A DNA stretch of 26,508 bases from a virus (IMGVR_UViG_3300017722_003065:1-26508), one strand, 5' to 3'; positions 1-9,593 are shown, counted from the first letter of the stretch. Numbers and translations: made by a program. Notes: a model not told the origin generated them from the letters alone.

Positions 1-1152
1 ATGCAATTGATGCCAGTGGCACAGAAAACAATGGGAGTGACCAACCCCAACGATCCTGATCAAAATATTCGTGCTGGAGTTCAGTTTCTTGGTCAGCAGT
101 TGACTCGCTGGAAAGATCCTGTGTTGGCTATGGCTGCTTACAACGCTGGCCCTGGCAACGTGGCAAAATATGGTGGAGTTCCACCTTTCAAACAAACACA
201 GAACTATGTGGCTGGGTACACACCTGATCCCATAAAGCCCATGCCTGCCGAAGGACCTGGTGTGCTGGACACCATAAAGAAAACCGGGTACGAATGGTTA
301 CGCAGTGCCGGAGATGCAATTGATCGTGCTGTGACTCCCAAGAATCTTGATCCTAAGACTCTGCAACCTTTGCAAGAAAAAGTGTATCCACCATACAAAG
401 GACAACCACCGGAGTCAGATCCGCGAATTGATCCCTTGCGTGATCGACTCAGCCGTGGTGAGAACCCCAAAAGCATTGAAGCAGACCTTAGAAAAAAAAT
501 AGCCGCTGATGCTGAGCGAGTTGAGTATGAACTAAGAGTTCAAAAGGCCATGCAACAACAGCTGGAAAAAGAAAAAGCCGAGCTAGAGGATAAACTAAAA
601 CAATATCCCAACGAAAAGGCCTGGCAGGAGCGATTGAAAGACGTTATAAATTACCTCACTGCTCCGCCCAAGCCATTCAAAGATGCGTTCAAGCAACCGC
701 CACCGCCAGACGTTGAGGTCTGGGATCGGCCTGTCAAAGAGCAAGACAATGAACCCACACCTCCACCGCAAGATGGTCCTAGCATACAAAAAGGTCTTAA
801 TTTTTTACGACAACTGCATGGCCTGTCAAAGATAACATCAGGTGGTGCTAGAGAAGAATTGATTGGAGCAGTGAGAGACTATGCACAGAATCAGGCACCG
901 CAAGTCTTGAAAAAATCTTTGCCGCAACCGCAAGACCCTGTGCAGGAAAATGCGTCAGGGTATATTCCCACAAAGAAACAAGCACGAGATCCTAGATATG
1001 CCATGGCGTTGACCGTGGATATCAAGCCAGGCCAGGTTGGCAAAGAAGCCAACAAGATGGCCTTGCAAACTGATTCACAGGGCCGGCCGGCACTGCTGAT
1101 GCCCAGCCTACAAAATCAACATCGTAAAGTTCAAGATAATGAATCTAGATGA
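1..1152 (+). CDS. 5'-truncated protein: soluble lytic transglycosylase (SLT-like) domain followed by Pro-rich/coiled-coil linker and a short C-terminal module
   Basis: Starts at MQLMP and contains AAYNAGPGNV..YGGVPPFKQTQNYV, typical SLT motifs. The catalytic Glu lies upstream of MQLMP in this family, so the gene begins before the window. The C-terminal segment follows a VQE site. Confidence 0.85.
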   Translation: MQLMPVAQKTMGVTNPNDPDQNIRAGVQFLGQQLTRWKDPVLAMAAYNAGPGNVAKYGGVPPFKQTQNYVAGYTPDPIKPMPAEGPGVLDTIKKTGYEWLRSAGDAIDRAVTPKNLDPKTLQPLQEKVYPPYKGQPPESDPRIDPLRDRLSRGENPKSIEADLRKKIAADAERVEYELRVQKAMQQQLEKEKAELEDKLKQYPNEKAWQERLKDVINYLTAPPKPFKDAFKQPPPPDVEVWDRPVKEQDNEPTPPPQDGPSIQKGLNFLRQLHGLSKITSGGAREELIGAVRDYAQNQAPQVLKKSLPQPQDPVQENASGYIPTKKQARDPRYAMALTVDIKPGQVGKEANKMALQTDSQGRPALLMPSLQNQHRKVQDNESR

Positions 1153-4100
1153 AATAGAAAGTTTCCCAAAGTTCAGTGCCGGCTCCACCAGTATGAATAG
1201 GCTGAGCCCGGACCCGTACGGCCGCTGGGGAGAAACTGAACAATCAGCAAACAAGAACCTTGAGAAAATAAGGAAGGCGGCCCGACAGTTGCCAGGTTCG
1301 CCGTACTTGTATACCGTCGTGCCCCAGCGATCAAATCAACGTCCTGCCTACTATATCTACGTTTTGACTCCGGATGGCGAAGTGATTGGCGGGCTTGACA
1401 TTGACGATCATGGCAAGATGTTTGAGGTTGATAAAATTCAAGTGTTGCCAAAGTATCAAGGACAAGGCCTAGGCATGTCGTTGTATGGCATAGCATTGTC
1501 TATTTTGAAAAAGCCCCTGGTAGCCGGCACAGCTCAAACTCCAGACTCTCAACGTGCCTGGCTTAGACTCAGTCAGATACCTGGTGTACAGGTCATGGGC
1601 CTGTTGCAAATGCAACGAGCTCAGGTGCCGTTCTACAAGTGGAAAGTCGAAGAGCTGGGCGCAAAACCTTGGACTAGAGTAGGCAACCATCAACTGTATC
1701 TGTTCCCAGTCACTGCTGGTAAAAAGCGAATGAAAGTCGCTCAACCCAAGGTACACAAAATTTATGGACGCGACACTGATGAACTCTACACCACAATGAT
1801 TGCATTTTACAATCAGCAGCCGGTGTTGGAGTCTGTGCAACCAACAGTTGTTCAAGAAAATCCCAGTGCTGAAATATCTCAGCACGAAAAATTAGATCGT
1901 GTGTTGATTCGGCTGTGTGAAATGCTGCAGGCTGCCGAGCATCCAAAATTTGGTATGGTTGCTGCTGCTGTGATTGACCCTGACAATTGCATTGTGGCTG
2001 CACTGAATCGCAGACTAAGCCAAGACAAAAATCTACATGCTGAACCTGCTGCTATGAGAGCCTACGAAAAACGCTACGGTACAATACCTGATGGATCTAT
2101 TATTGTCACAACTCTCAGCCCCTGTGCCGAGCCCATGGCCGAACGTCAGGGTCAGGCCTGTGTTGAGCGTATCAATCAAAGCAATGTACACAAAGTCTAT
2201 TGCGGCTACATGGATCACACACAGCATGAAGGTCTCACTGAACTGCGTGAATTCACCCTGGAAGAAACTGCCAATCCTGACATCAGACGTCTGTGCAAGA
2301 AATATGCAGATACGTTTTTAGATCCCACATACAGTATTGATATCCATGGCATTGAACAGCCTGGTCAAGTGAATAGTCTTGAAGCCTTGAGGGAAGCCAC
2401 CTTGGGCACATTGTATCCGCCCACAATTCTTGGCACACTTCAAATTGATGATATTGTGATTGCATTAAGCAAGCATCTTTATGATCGAGCAGAGGAGAGA
2501 AAAATTCCTCTTTCAAAAATAGAAAGTACGATACGAAGACTACGTCGTGTAAAGAGTAAAATGCGCCAGTATGAACCAGGGAGCAAGTTCTGGGTTTATA
2601 ATCCATATGAAGAAATTGCTCTAGGCTTTCAAGTGCTAGACAGCGGAGCATTTAAGGTGAACACTGTGATTGCTGAACCTCCGCATGCTCAAGGAGAATT
2701 ACCAATCGTTCGCATGTATGAAAACCTAACAGAATTATGGACACAGCCCTATGAACTAACTTCAAGGGTCACTGGTCCTGCCAACATGGAATACTATTTT
2801 GACACCAAAGACAATAGATCAGGTAGAATAGTTTTTGACAGTGTGCTTGACACCGATCAAGGTGGCTTACATGCTATACTGGTTATTGTGCATTTTTATA
2901 TTGATAACCTCTATCATACCAGCGGCAAAGGTGATGCTGTGGCAATATTTTCCACTGTTGTCGCTGCTTGTCGTGATTATCTGCGTAGGTACAAGCCGCC
3001 TGTGGTAGTGTTTGAAACTGATGATCCAAAGAAACGTAACTTATATGTAAAAATGGCCGGGATGTTTCCTGATTATGTGATTTATCCTTACCCACAGTGG
3101 GTGCAAGATCCCATTGTTGGTGATGAAATAGTTAATTCATTGATGGATGGCAATGCCAAAGATGCAGTGGTATTACACAGACGAAATTATGATCCAGAAA
3201 AAACTAGAATGTACATTGACGAGCAAGGTGTAGCGGGGGGTTTGGAAAACAATAGAATTAGTTTTCAGATACAAAAAGGCAAAAATAAATTTGCAACTAC
3301 TTTAAGTATTAGTAACAACCCAGTTGGAGTATACCAATATGACGCTGATACAGGTCGTAGCATAGCCGAGATTTATCCAGAATTCAAAGGCAAAGGATTA
3401 GGTAAATTGTTAGTTTTACATGCTATCTATACCGCAGCACAATTGGGATTAAATTTCCAAGAAGATGAATCAAGAACTGCCGAGTATGATAATGTGTTAG
3501 ACAGCTTGAGTAGCAACGGTTATATTGTAGATGACGATGGATATTGGTACGTAACTGGTGAGGGCGAACAATATCTACAACAATCAATGAAGCAAGGTGT
3601 GGCGGAAGGCTCTCCTAACTTTAATCGTGAATGGGACGAAGCAACCCGATATCCCGAGTTTGTTAACCTAGGTAAGGAAAAATGGATTGAACTTGTAAGC
3701 AAAGGTAAACCAGTAACAGTTACAAGAAAAAATGTTAACAAAATAAACAATACCGATGCCGCTGATCCTAAAAGTTTTAAACTACTAGACCCCGAAAAAC
3801 AAAAGCGAGCGTTGGCGCAACTTGCCAATGGCGATGTAGAAATGCCTATTGTCGCTAGATACAGCGACGGCTATTTAGAACTAATAGGCGGTAATACAAG
3901 ATTAACTGCCCAAATGGCAAAAGACGGTCAAGCTAAAGTTTGGTTATTTAATGTGCCAGAAGAATTAACGCAAGGTGTGGCGGAAGCGTTTGATCAACCT
4001 TACGCAACAGATTTAGAAAAATCCGAACATGATGATTATGATTCATTGGTACAATTGCCAGATGGTTCTCACTTGAGCATTATGTTTAATCACCAAGGTG

Positions 4101-5287
4101 ATGCCGAATATCAAGTTGAATTTTGGCGAGGGCCTAGCCAGGAAGTAACCGGTGAAGGTGATGCACAAAGAATATTTGCCACAGTTCTAAATACTATACA
4201 AAAGTTTATTAAAGAACACAATCCGTGGCGTTTGACATTTTCCGCAACCAAAGACGTTGCGCCTGGCCAAAACAGTGAAAGCCGAGCCAAATTATATAAT
4301 AGGTTAGTTGATCGCTATGCTGCTGCTTGGGGGTATGATGCTCTTATTAATGATCTTGGTGACCAAGTTGAATACGAGTTGACTAGATTAAAGCCGGGTA
4401 TAGCGGAAGGCTTGAATTTTGATGAAATCTACGGCAAGCATCTAAAAGTAACTGACAACAATGGTGATCCTCGCAAACCAGGATTTAGTCTTGTTACACC
4501 ACTCAATGGTGATTCTTGGAACTGGCGTGAGCGTCCTGAGTTTAAGGACTTAGTAAAACAAAAACTTAACGATCCAGGATTCCTTGGAGATCACAAATAT
4601 CAACAAATTATTGCCTCTATGTCAGGTAAACAATTTGATCCAACTAAACATATTGCTAAAGAAAACTTTGCTGATGGCAAGGTTAAAGGTAAAAGCCGAC
4701 CGGGTCGTGTCAAACGTGCAGGTGCAAGTTGCAACGGTTCTGTCACAGACCTACGACGCCGTGCCAAGAACGCATCAGGTGAAAAGGCCAAAATGTATCA
4801 CTGGTGTGCCAACATGAAGTCTGGTCGCAGCAAAAACAACGAGTCTCAGGCCACTGCCGCACCAATATCACCGCAGGCATGGATTGATCAAATCCATGAC
4901 ATGTATCCACAGACCTGGCAAAACAATCATGTCATGCCCATGGGCGGTGAAGGTGAAGATCAACAGTTTGCTATGTTTGAATTAGTGCCCAGTACAAGCA
5001 AAAAGAATGCTGTGGACATCAAGTGGTTCCAGGCCTATCCCTTGAGACAGGGCGTGGGCAGCCGTGCAATCAAAGAACTACAACAGCTGGCACGAGAGGC
5101 TGATATAACATTGACATTGTATCCCTGGGACAAAGGGCGAGTGAGTCAGGCCAAACTCATGAAGTTCTATCGTGGCCAAGGATTCCAGCCCACTGTCAAG
5201 GGCAGCAAGAACATGTTCTGGAGTCCGGAAAAAGCCCTGGAATCTGGTCTCATGGAGTCTTGGCAAGCGTTTCGAAATTCAAAATAA
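1139..5287 (+). CDS. 1382-aa modular polyprotein (about 10 modules: 3 GNAT-like, Zn-dependent deaminase, ParB-like, two paralogous unknown domains, basic Cys peptide); putative virion internal protein
   Basis: GNAT motif A at YQGQGLG, FKGKGLG and LRQGVG..FYRGQGF. Deaminase motifs LHAE and TLSPC..C. ParB-like PIV...LIGGNTRL. Modules are separated by x-x-E linkers (VLE, VQE, LRE, LTE, GLE, VAE twice, IAE, AKE, NNE). Confidence 0.8.
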   Translation: MNLDEIESFPKFSAGSTSMNRLSPDPYGRWGETEQSANKNLEKIRKAARQLPGSPYLYTVVPQRSNQRPAYYIYVLTPDGEVIGGLDIDDHGKMFEVDKIQVLPKYQGQGLGMSLYGIALSILKKPLVAGTAQTPDSQRAWLRLSQIPGVQVMGLLQMQRAQVPFYKWKVEELGAKPWTRVGNHQLYLFPVTAGKKRMKVAQPKVHKIYGRDTDELYTTMIAFYNQQPVLESVQPTVVQENPSAEISQHEKLDRVLIRLCEMLQAAEHPKFGMVAAAVIDPDNCIVAALNRRLSQDKNLHAEPAAMRAYEKRYGTIPDGSIIVTTLSPCAEPMAERQGQACVERINQSNVHKVYCGYMDHTQHEGLTELREFTLEETANPDIRRLCKKYADTFLDPTYSIDIHGIEQPGQVNSLEALREATLGTLYPPTILGTLQIDDIVIALSKHLYDRAEERKIPLSKIESTIRRLRRVKSKMRQYEPGSKFWVYNPYEEIALGFQVLDSGAFKVNTVIAEPPHAQGELPIVRMYENLTELWTQPYELTSRVTGPANMEYYFDTKDNRSGRIVFDSVLDTDQGGLHAILVIVHFYIDNLYHTSGKGDAVAIFSTVVAACRDYLRRYKPPVVVFETDDPKKRNLYVKMAGMFPDYVIYPYPQWVQDPIVGDEIVNSLMDGNAKDAVVLHRRNYDPEKTRMYIDEQGVAGGLENNRISFQIQKGKNKFATTLSISNNPVGVYQYDADTGRSIAEIYPEFKGKGLGKLLVLHAIYTAAQLGLNFQEDESRTAEYDNVLDSLSSNGYIVDDDGYWYVTGEGEQYLQQSMKQGVAEGSPNFNREWDEATRYPEFVNLGKEKWIELVSKGKPVTVTRKNVNKINNTDAADPKSFKLLDPEKQKRALAQLANGDVEMPIVARYSDGYLELIGGNTRLTAQMAKDGQAKVWLFNVPEELTQGVAEAFDQPYATDLEKSEHDDYDSLVQLPDGSHLSIMFNHQGDAEYQVEFWRGPSQEVTGEGDAQRIFATVLNTIQKFIKEHNPWRLTFSATKDVAPGQNSESRAKLYNRLVDRYAAAWGYDALINDLGDQVEYELTRLKPGIAEGLNFDEIYGKHLKVTDNNGDPRKPGFSLVTPLNGDSWNWRERPEFKDLVKQKLNDPGFLGDHKYQQIIASMSGKQFDPTKHIAKENFADGKVKGKSRPGRVKRAGASCNGSVTDLRRRAKNASGEKAKMYHWCANMKSGRSKNNESQATAAPISPQAWIDQIHDMYPQTWQNNHVMPMGGEGEDQQFAMFELVPSTSKKNAVDIKWFQAYPLRQGVGSRAIKELQQLAREADITLTLYPWDKGRVSQAKLMKFYRGQGFQPTVKGSKNMFWSPEKALESGLMESWQAFRNSK
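3224..4411 (+). repeat. Four dispersed in-frame ~17-nt direct repeats, consensus CAAGGTGTGGCGGAAGG (QGVAEG), at 3224, 3593, 3971 and 4394
   Basis: caaggtgtagcgggggg, caaggtgtggcggaagg, caaggtgtggcggaagc and ccgggtatagcggaagg, read directly. Related copies at 17240 (aaaggtgtggcagaagg) and 18347 (caaggtatggccgagg). Confidence 0.85.
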
Positions 5288-5290
5288 ATA
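5285..5290 (+). promoter_or_regulatory. T4-type late-promoter-like box TAAATA
   Basis: aaaaTAAATAtaag overlaps the upstream stop and lies 21 nt before the ATG at 5312. The same hexamer precedes several other genes in the window. Confidence 0.6.
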
Positions 5291-5311
5291 TAAGATACTT
5301 GGTGACCAAAC

Positions 5312-6622
5312 ATGAGACTTTTAGAATTTAAATTACTGGAATACGATCAAGCCAAAACTCTGCAGAACTTTGGCGAAAAAATGCTGGCTGCTGCAAAGAA
5401 AGATAGCACGTTGCCCGCAGACACACAAAAAGAACTGCGCAGTCCTGCAATGAGTGAGCAAAACCGCAACAACATTCTGCAGTTTTTGTTACAGCAACTG
5501 GAACAGGCCGACCCCACTCCCAACAAAAAATACACTCAGGCCATTGCCAAAATGTACGGCAATGGACAGAGCTCCATGGAAGATATTCTCAGTACTCTAG
5601 CAGATTATCTCACAAGGTTTGATCGTATGAATCGGCGCAAAAAGATTCCTGTGCCACGCAACGACTTCAATCGTTACACCAGTCTTGAAGACTTCATGGA
5701 TGTGGTAGACGAATACTATGATCCTGCCGAAGATGACGACACTGCTGGCGATGCTGAAAAGGGCAAATATCAAGAACTGTATCGTGACGCCGACTTGGTT
5801 GTGCTACAGCCCTTGGATCAAACTGCAGCCTGTTACTATGGACGAGGCACACGTTGGTGCACCGCAGCCACCAAAGGTATGAATTACTTTGACAACTATT
5901 CAAAGCGTGGACCGTTGTTTATCATCATTCCTCGCAAACCTGCTTACCCTGGCGAAAAGTATCAGTGGCAGTTTGAAAGCAGTTCGTTCATGAACGAACA
6001 AGATCGTCAGATTGGCGAAAAAGGCATGACAGAATTAGCAGCAAGATATCCGCAACTCAAGAACATACTCAAAGACTACGCAGAAAAATACACCATGGTG
6101 CCGTTGTTGACAGATGAATTTGTCAACACAATCAAAGATTATAGAGCCACTGCGCAATCACAAATGGCCAACTTCATTTCGCAGTACTCTGATCGTATTG
6201 CAGGTTTTGGACTCAAAACTCTAGAAGAATATGGCCTGGCGTTGCCGCCCCGGGTGGCTCAAGAAATTGCTGCCAACATACCTGATTATCTTGGTCAACT
6301 TGTTGACGCAATGGCAGCACCAGGTGGGTTCTGGGACAAAGTTCAAGAGCGTGTTGGCGACGAACGCAGCGAAGATCGCATTGAAACAATCCTCAGCACC
6401 GACCCCAAGATAAAGAAACTAACCGACAAGAGTACCGCAGCATTGATGCTCAAGGATGAATTAACTGGCAATGAGGCCAGCCGTGGCACATGGGACTGGC
6501 ACCAAGATTCTATAAAACATGTCACTGATTTGTTGTTGCGTGATCCAGTGTTTAGATTTATCATGAAACAAGTTCCCAAGATGTACAATAACATGCTTGC
6601 GGAGACTGGTCGTGCGGTTTAA
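5312..6622 (+). CDS. Hypothetical phage protein with CTS-like leader and a conserved-looking YG..TRWC domain (possibly PcfJ-like)
   Basis: 436-aa ORF with N-terminus MRLLEFKLLE and central AACYYGRGTRWCTAA...YFDNY...PLFII...KYQ. The family assignment is from memory and tentative. Confidence 0.7.
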   Translation: MRLLEFKLLEYDQAKTLQNFGEKMLAAAKKDSTLPADTQKELRSPAMSEQNRNNILQFLLQQLEQADPTPNKKYTQAIAKMYGNGQSSMEDILSTLADYLTRFDRMNRRKKIPVPRNDFNRYTSLEDFMDVVDEYYDPAEDDDTAGDAEKGKYQELYRDADLVVLQPLDQTAACYYGRGTRWCTAATKGMNYFDNYSKRGPLFIIIPRKPAYPGEKYQWQFESSSFMNEQDRQIGEKGMTELAARYPQLKNILKDYAEKYTMVPLLTDEFVNTIKDYRATAQSQMANFISQYSDRIAGFGLKTLEEYGLALPPRVAQEIAANIPDYLGQLVDAMAAPGGFWDKVQERVGDERSEDRIETILSTDPKIKKLTDKSTAALMLKDELTGNEASRGTWDWHQDSIKHVTDLLLRDPVFRFIMKQVPKMYNNMLAETGRAV

Positions 6623-9593
6623 CGAAATACAAGATCTTTCCAACGACGAGTTATTCGGCTATACAAATCTGGTGCGAGAGATTGCTAGATTTCTCTGGCG
6701 AGAAAATACGCCATCCAACAAGTGCATCTATCCGGAAAACATATCAAAATATCTACGGAACAACTCTCGGTTAGATAAACTCTGGCATGCTCAATCTCCA
6801 AACACGCAAGAGTTCATGGCCGATCAGATTTATGCAGCCATGTATCAAATGGAATTGGATTCATTCACGGAGTCTCAAGACAACAACAATGATGACATGT
6901 TTGGTGCGTCAATTGCCACATTGCCAAAAGTTGAATCTATTCTGGCAGCAGGCATACCACTGTACATCACCAACGTTGTAGCCAATGACAAAGACCGCCG
7001 GTGCAGAGTCAAAGAAATTCGGCACGAGGTGCGGACATTTGGGCAGATGAAACCATTTATCAGTTTTTGGCTTGATGATGCTCAAACCAGTGGCAGCATC
7101 CTGCCTTGGAATGACCGCGAATGGCAGTTGCAGCGCATTGAAGATGGGTTTGTGCTGTGGCCTCGCGATAAAAAACTACAAGAAACACACAGCGATGACG
7201 ATGACGTATTTGCTGAACGCAGTGTGAGTCAAAAGGTCATGAATTTGGTGCAAACTGGTCAGCCAGTTTACTATGCGGTTGACGTTGGCAAGCCCAGAGA
7301 TCAATGGCGCCTGCGCGAAATCATACGAGCAACTCCCACCAACTATACCTGGCTCAATCGCAGTGGCATGACCATTACTTTGGGCTATGATTCAATTCCT
7401 GTGAAATTGCAAAAACTTGACAATGGAAAAAATATACTTGTGCCATCAACACGCAACGTTGACGAAAGCGATACCAGCGACAACGAATTGTTTGGACCAC
7501 GAGCAGTGACTCGCATCAACTTACAACAGATGATAGATAATGATATACCAGTGTATCTAAGAATTAAAAGCAACGGTGAAGATGCTCAGATAACTGAGAT
7601 CAATCCGCCCATGGAAGGTTATCCAGGCTATTGGATGCGGTATCGATCTCCAACTCAGCGGGGCATGCTGGCCTGGCGTGATCGTCACTGGGCGGTTGAA
7701 TCCTACCGTGATGGAGTAATCTTACAACCACTGCCTGGAGCCCGAATGTACGAGAGCGAATCTGACCAAGACCTGTTTGGCACTGATGATCTTAGATCTA
7801 GACTGCATGCACGAATACATGCTGCATGGAAAAAAATTACATACACACTTGACGAGCTTGGCCCTGAGGCAATATTTCAAAGTGCCAAAATGTTTAGCAA
7901 CTTGTACTACAAGTGGGATGATGGCGAACACGATCCCATGGCAGTGATGGCATTCCGAGAATCCCCTGACAAAGTGTTGCAGGCTGTGGCAGAACTAGAA
8001 AAGATTGCCAAGGATCCTTACGATTATCTTGAACATCTCAGTGAAAACAACGATGACGACATGTTTAGCAGGCCCGGTCGGTTGGCCAAGGTCATAAACA
8101 CTGAACTCACTACATTGCGTGATCCCTATGTACGCACTGTTGAAATTGTGCGAGACCTAGCTAAAAACAAATTCAAAGTTAAAACAAGAGTCAGTGCAAA
8201 ATCTCCACGTGCCACACGAGGGCAGGCCACCTTTTGGTTTGGAGAATATGCAACTAAGCCCGGAGAGGATTCGCCAAAAACTCCACCGGTGGCACTGCAA
8301 ATAAAAGCAGAGCTAGAAAGTCAAGGATTTGAGTGCAAGTTCACCGACTCCGGCTGGCTCAGTGTCAAAGTTCCACCAATGTTCTCAAATGTTCTTGGTG
8401 AAGATGATGACAATGAATTGTTTGGCGGACGCAAACTCACACCCGGATATTTGAAAGAGCTGGTTAACACCACAGGACTCTGGTTGGAAATAAGCGGCGG
8501 CGAACAGTTTCGTGTGCTGGGAGTGGGACGTTTCAGCGAATTTCCCGACGAAATAGCATTTAAAATGTCAACAAGTTATGGCGAAGGTTTTACAGCATCG
8601 TATCCACCTGACATGTTGCGACTTGATCTTACTCATCAAGGAACACCAGTGTTGCACTATGGAACCCTGGCCGAAGCTTCCGACGATGATATGTTCTCCT
8701 CACAATCAAAAATTCAAACTCTCCATTTGACCCGGATCTTTCGTGCTGTGGAAGATCTTGTGACCCTGACCATTGTCAATGTCTATCCCCCCGAAGATCC
8801 TCGCGATGACACCATAAATGAACTCAACAAATTCATGACACGTCACAATGTATCCTTTAAGATTGTAGAACTGGCTCTGCAGAGAATAGCAAGTTTTGAC
8901 AGTTTTGACGAGTTCTACAATGAGATGCTGCACATATATAAACAACACTACAAAGATGAACTCGGCGAAGTCAAGGAGCCAGAATCCGATGAAGAGCTAT
9001 TCACACCTGAAAAAACGTTGATTACTCGAGGGCATGCTGTGGCCAATGTGTTGAGAAAAATAAGTTTTGATACCATGAGCGAAGTCATGAAGATTAGGCC
9101 CCAAGACATGGAGTCAATTCGTGAAAAAATATATTTGGCTACATTAAATTACGAGCGTGGAGATATACTTGAAGGTAATGCACAGATTTACACACTGACT
9201 CCTCGTGCATTTTCTTACATAACATGGAGTCTTGAGCAAGCAGGACTCAACAGCTATGCACGTCGTATCTCAGAACAAAGAGATCAGTATCAGCAGGATG
9301 ATATGTTCGCTGATCAGAGTCGACTCACGCAGAATCGTTTCATTGGTAAGATTATAATCAAGCTGGCCGAAGAAATTTACAATGATCCTTTGAGTGAGCA
9401 AAGTGACAAAGAAGATGCCAAGGATTTACAGACAGTGGGCCGAGTGTTCAGCACCCAAGGCACTCGCCAAGGGCTGACATTGATACGTCAGTGGGCTGAC
9501 AACGGAGATACTGTCATCTATGACAATGTTTTAAGTGTGATGTGGCAACATGGCATTGACATTGGTGAACTAGAACAGCAATACCAGATCTAG
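6612..9593 (+). CDS. ~993-aa polyprotein of ten ~80-120-aa modules, each headed by an acidic DD(E/D)(L/M)F tag
   Basis: The GTG at 6612 has a GGAG at 6601-6604 and gives MRFNEI, so it is preferred over the TTG at 6597. Motifs: NDELFG, NDDMFG, DDDVFA, DNELFG, DQDLFG, DDDMFS, DNELFG, DDDMFS, DEELFT, QDDMFA. Confidence 0.8.
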   Translation: MRFNEIQDLSNDELFGYTNLVREIARFLWRENTPSNKCIYPENISKYLRNNSRLDKLWHAQSPNTQEFMADQIYAAMYQMELDSFTESQDNNNDDMFGASIATLPKVESILAAGIPLYITNVVANDKDRRCRVKEIRHEVRTFGQMKPFISFWLDDAQTSGSILPWNDREWQLQRIEDGFVLWPRDKKLQETHSDDDDVFAERSVSQKVMNLVQTGQPVYYAVDVGKPRDQWRLREIIRATPTNYTWLNRSGMTITLGYDSIPVKLQKLDNGKNILVPSTRNVDESDTSDNELFGPRAVTRINLQQMIDNDIPVYLRIKSNGEDAQITEINPPMEGYPGYWMRYRSPTQRGMLAWRDRHWAVESYRDGVILQPLPGARMYESESDQDLFGTDDLRSRLHARIHAAWKKITYTLDELGPEAIFQSAKMFSNLYYKWDDGEHDPMAVMAFRESPDKVLQAVAELEKIAKDPYDYLEHLSENNDDDMFSRPGRLAKVINTELTTLRDPYVRTVEIVRDLAKNKFKVKTRVSAKSPRATRGQATFWFGEYATKPGEDSPKTPPVALQIKAELESQGFECKFTDSGWLSVKVPPMFSNVLGEDDDNELFGGRKLTPGYLKELVNTTGLWLEISGGEQFRVLGVGRFSEFPDEIAFKMSTSYGEGFTASYPPDMLRLDLTHQGTPVLHYGTLAEASDDDMFSSQSKIQTLHLTRIFRAVEDLVTLTIVNVYPPEDPRDDTINELNKFMTRHNVSFKIVELALQRIASFDSFDEFYNEMLHIYKQHYKDELGEVKEPESDEELFTPEKTLITRGHAVANVLRKISFDTMSEVMKIRPQDMESIREKIYLATLNYERGDILEGNAQIYTLTPRAFSYITWSLEQAGLNSYARRISEQRDQYQQDDMFADQSRLTQNRFIGKIIIKLAEEIYNDPLSEQSDKEDAKDLQTVGRVFSTQGTRQGLTLIRQWADNGDTVIYDNVLSVMWQHGIDIGELEQQYQI
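7464..7511 (+). repeat. 48-nt dispersed repeat, copy 1 (copy 2 at 18071-18118)
   Basis: gaaagcgataccagcgacaacgaattgtttggaccacgagcagtgact versus gaaagcaataccaatgacgacgaattgtttggaccgcgagcagtgact, 43/48 identical by manual alignment. Confidence 0.9.

Noticed and set aside
3224-4411. QGVAEG DNA repeats as a CRISPR array
   Set aside because: The repeats are only ~17 nt and degenerate, the spacers are 350-400 nt and protein-coding in frame, and there are no cas genes.
6612-9593. Diversity-generating retroelement or shufflon as the cause of module diversity
   Set aside because: There is no reverse transcriptase, no TR/VR pair of about 100 nt or more, and no invertase or inverted repeats in the window.
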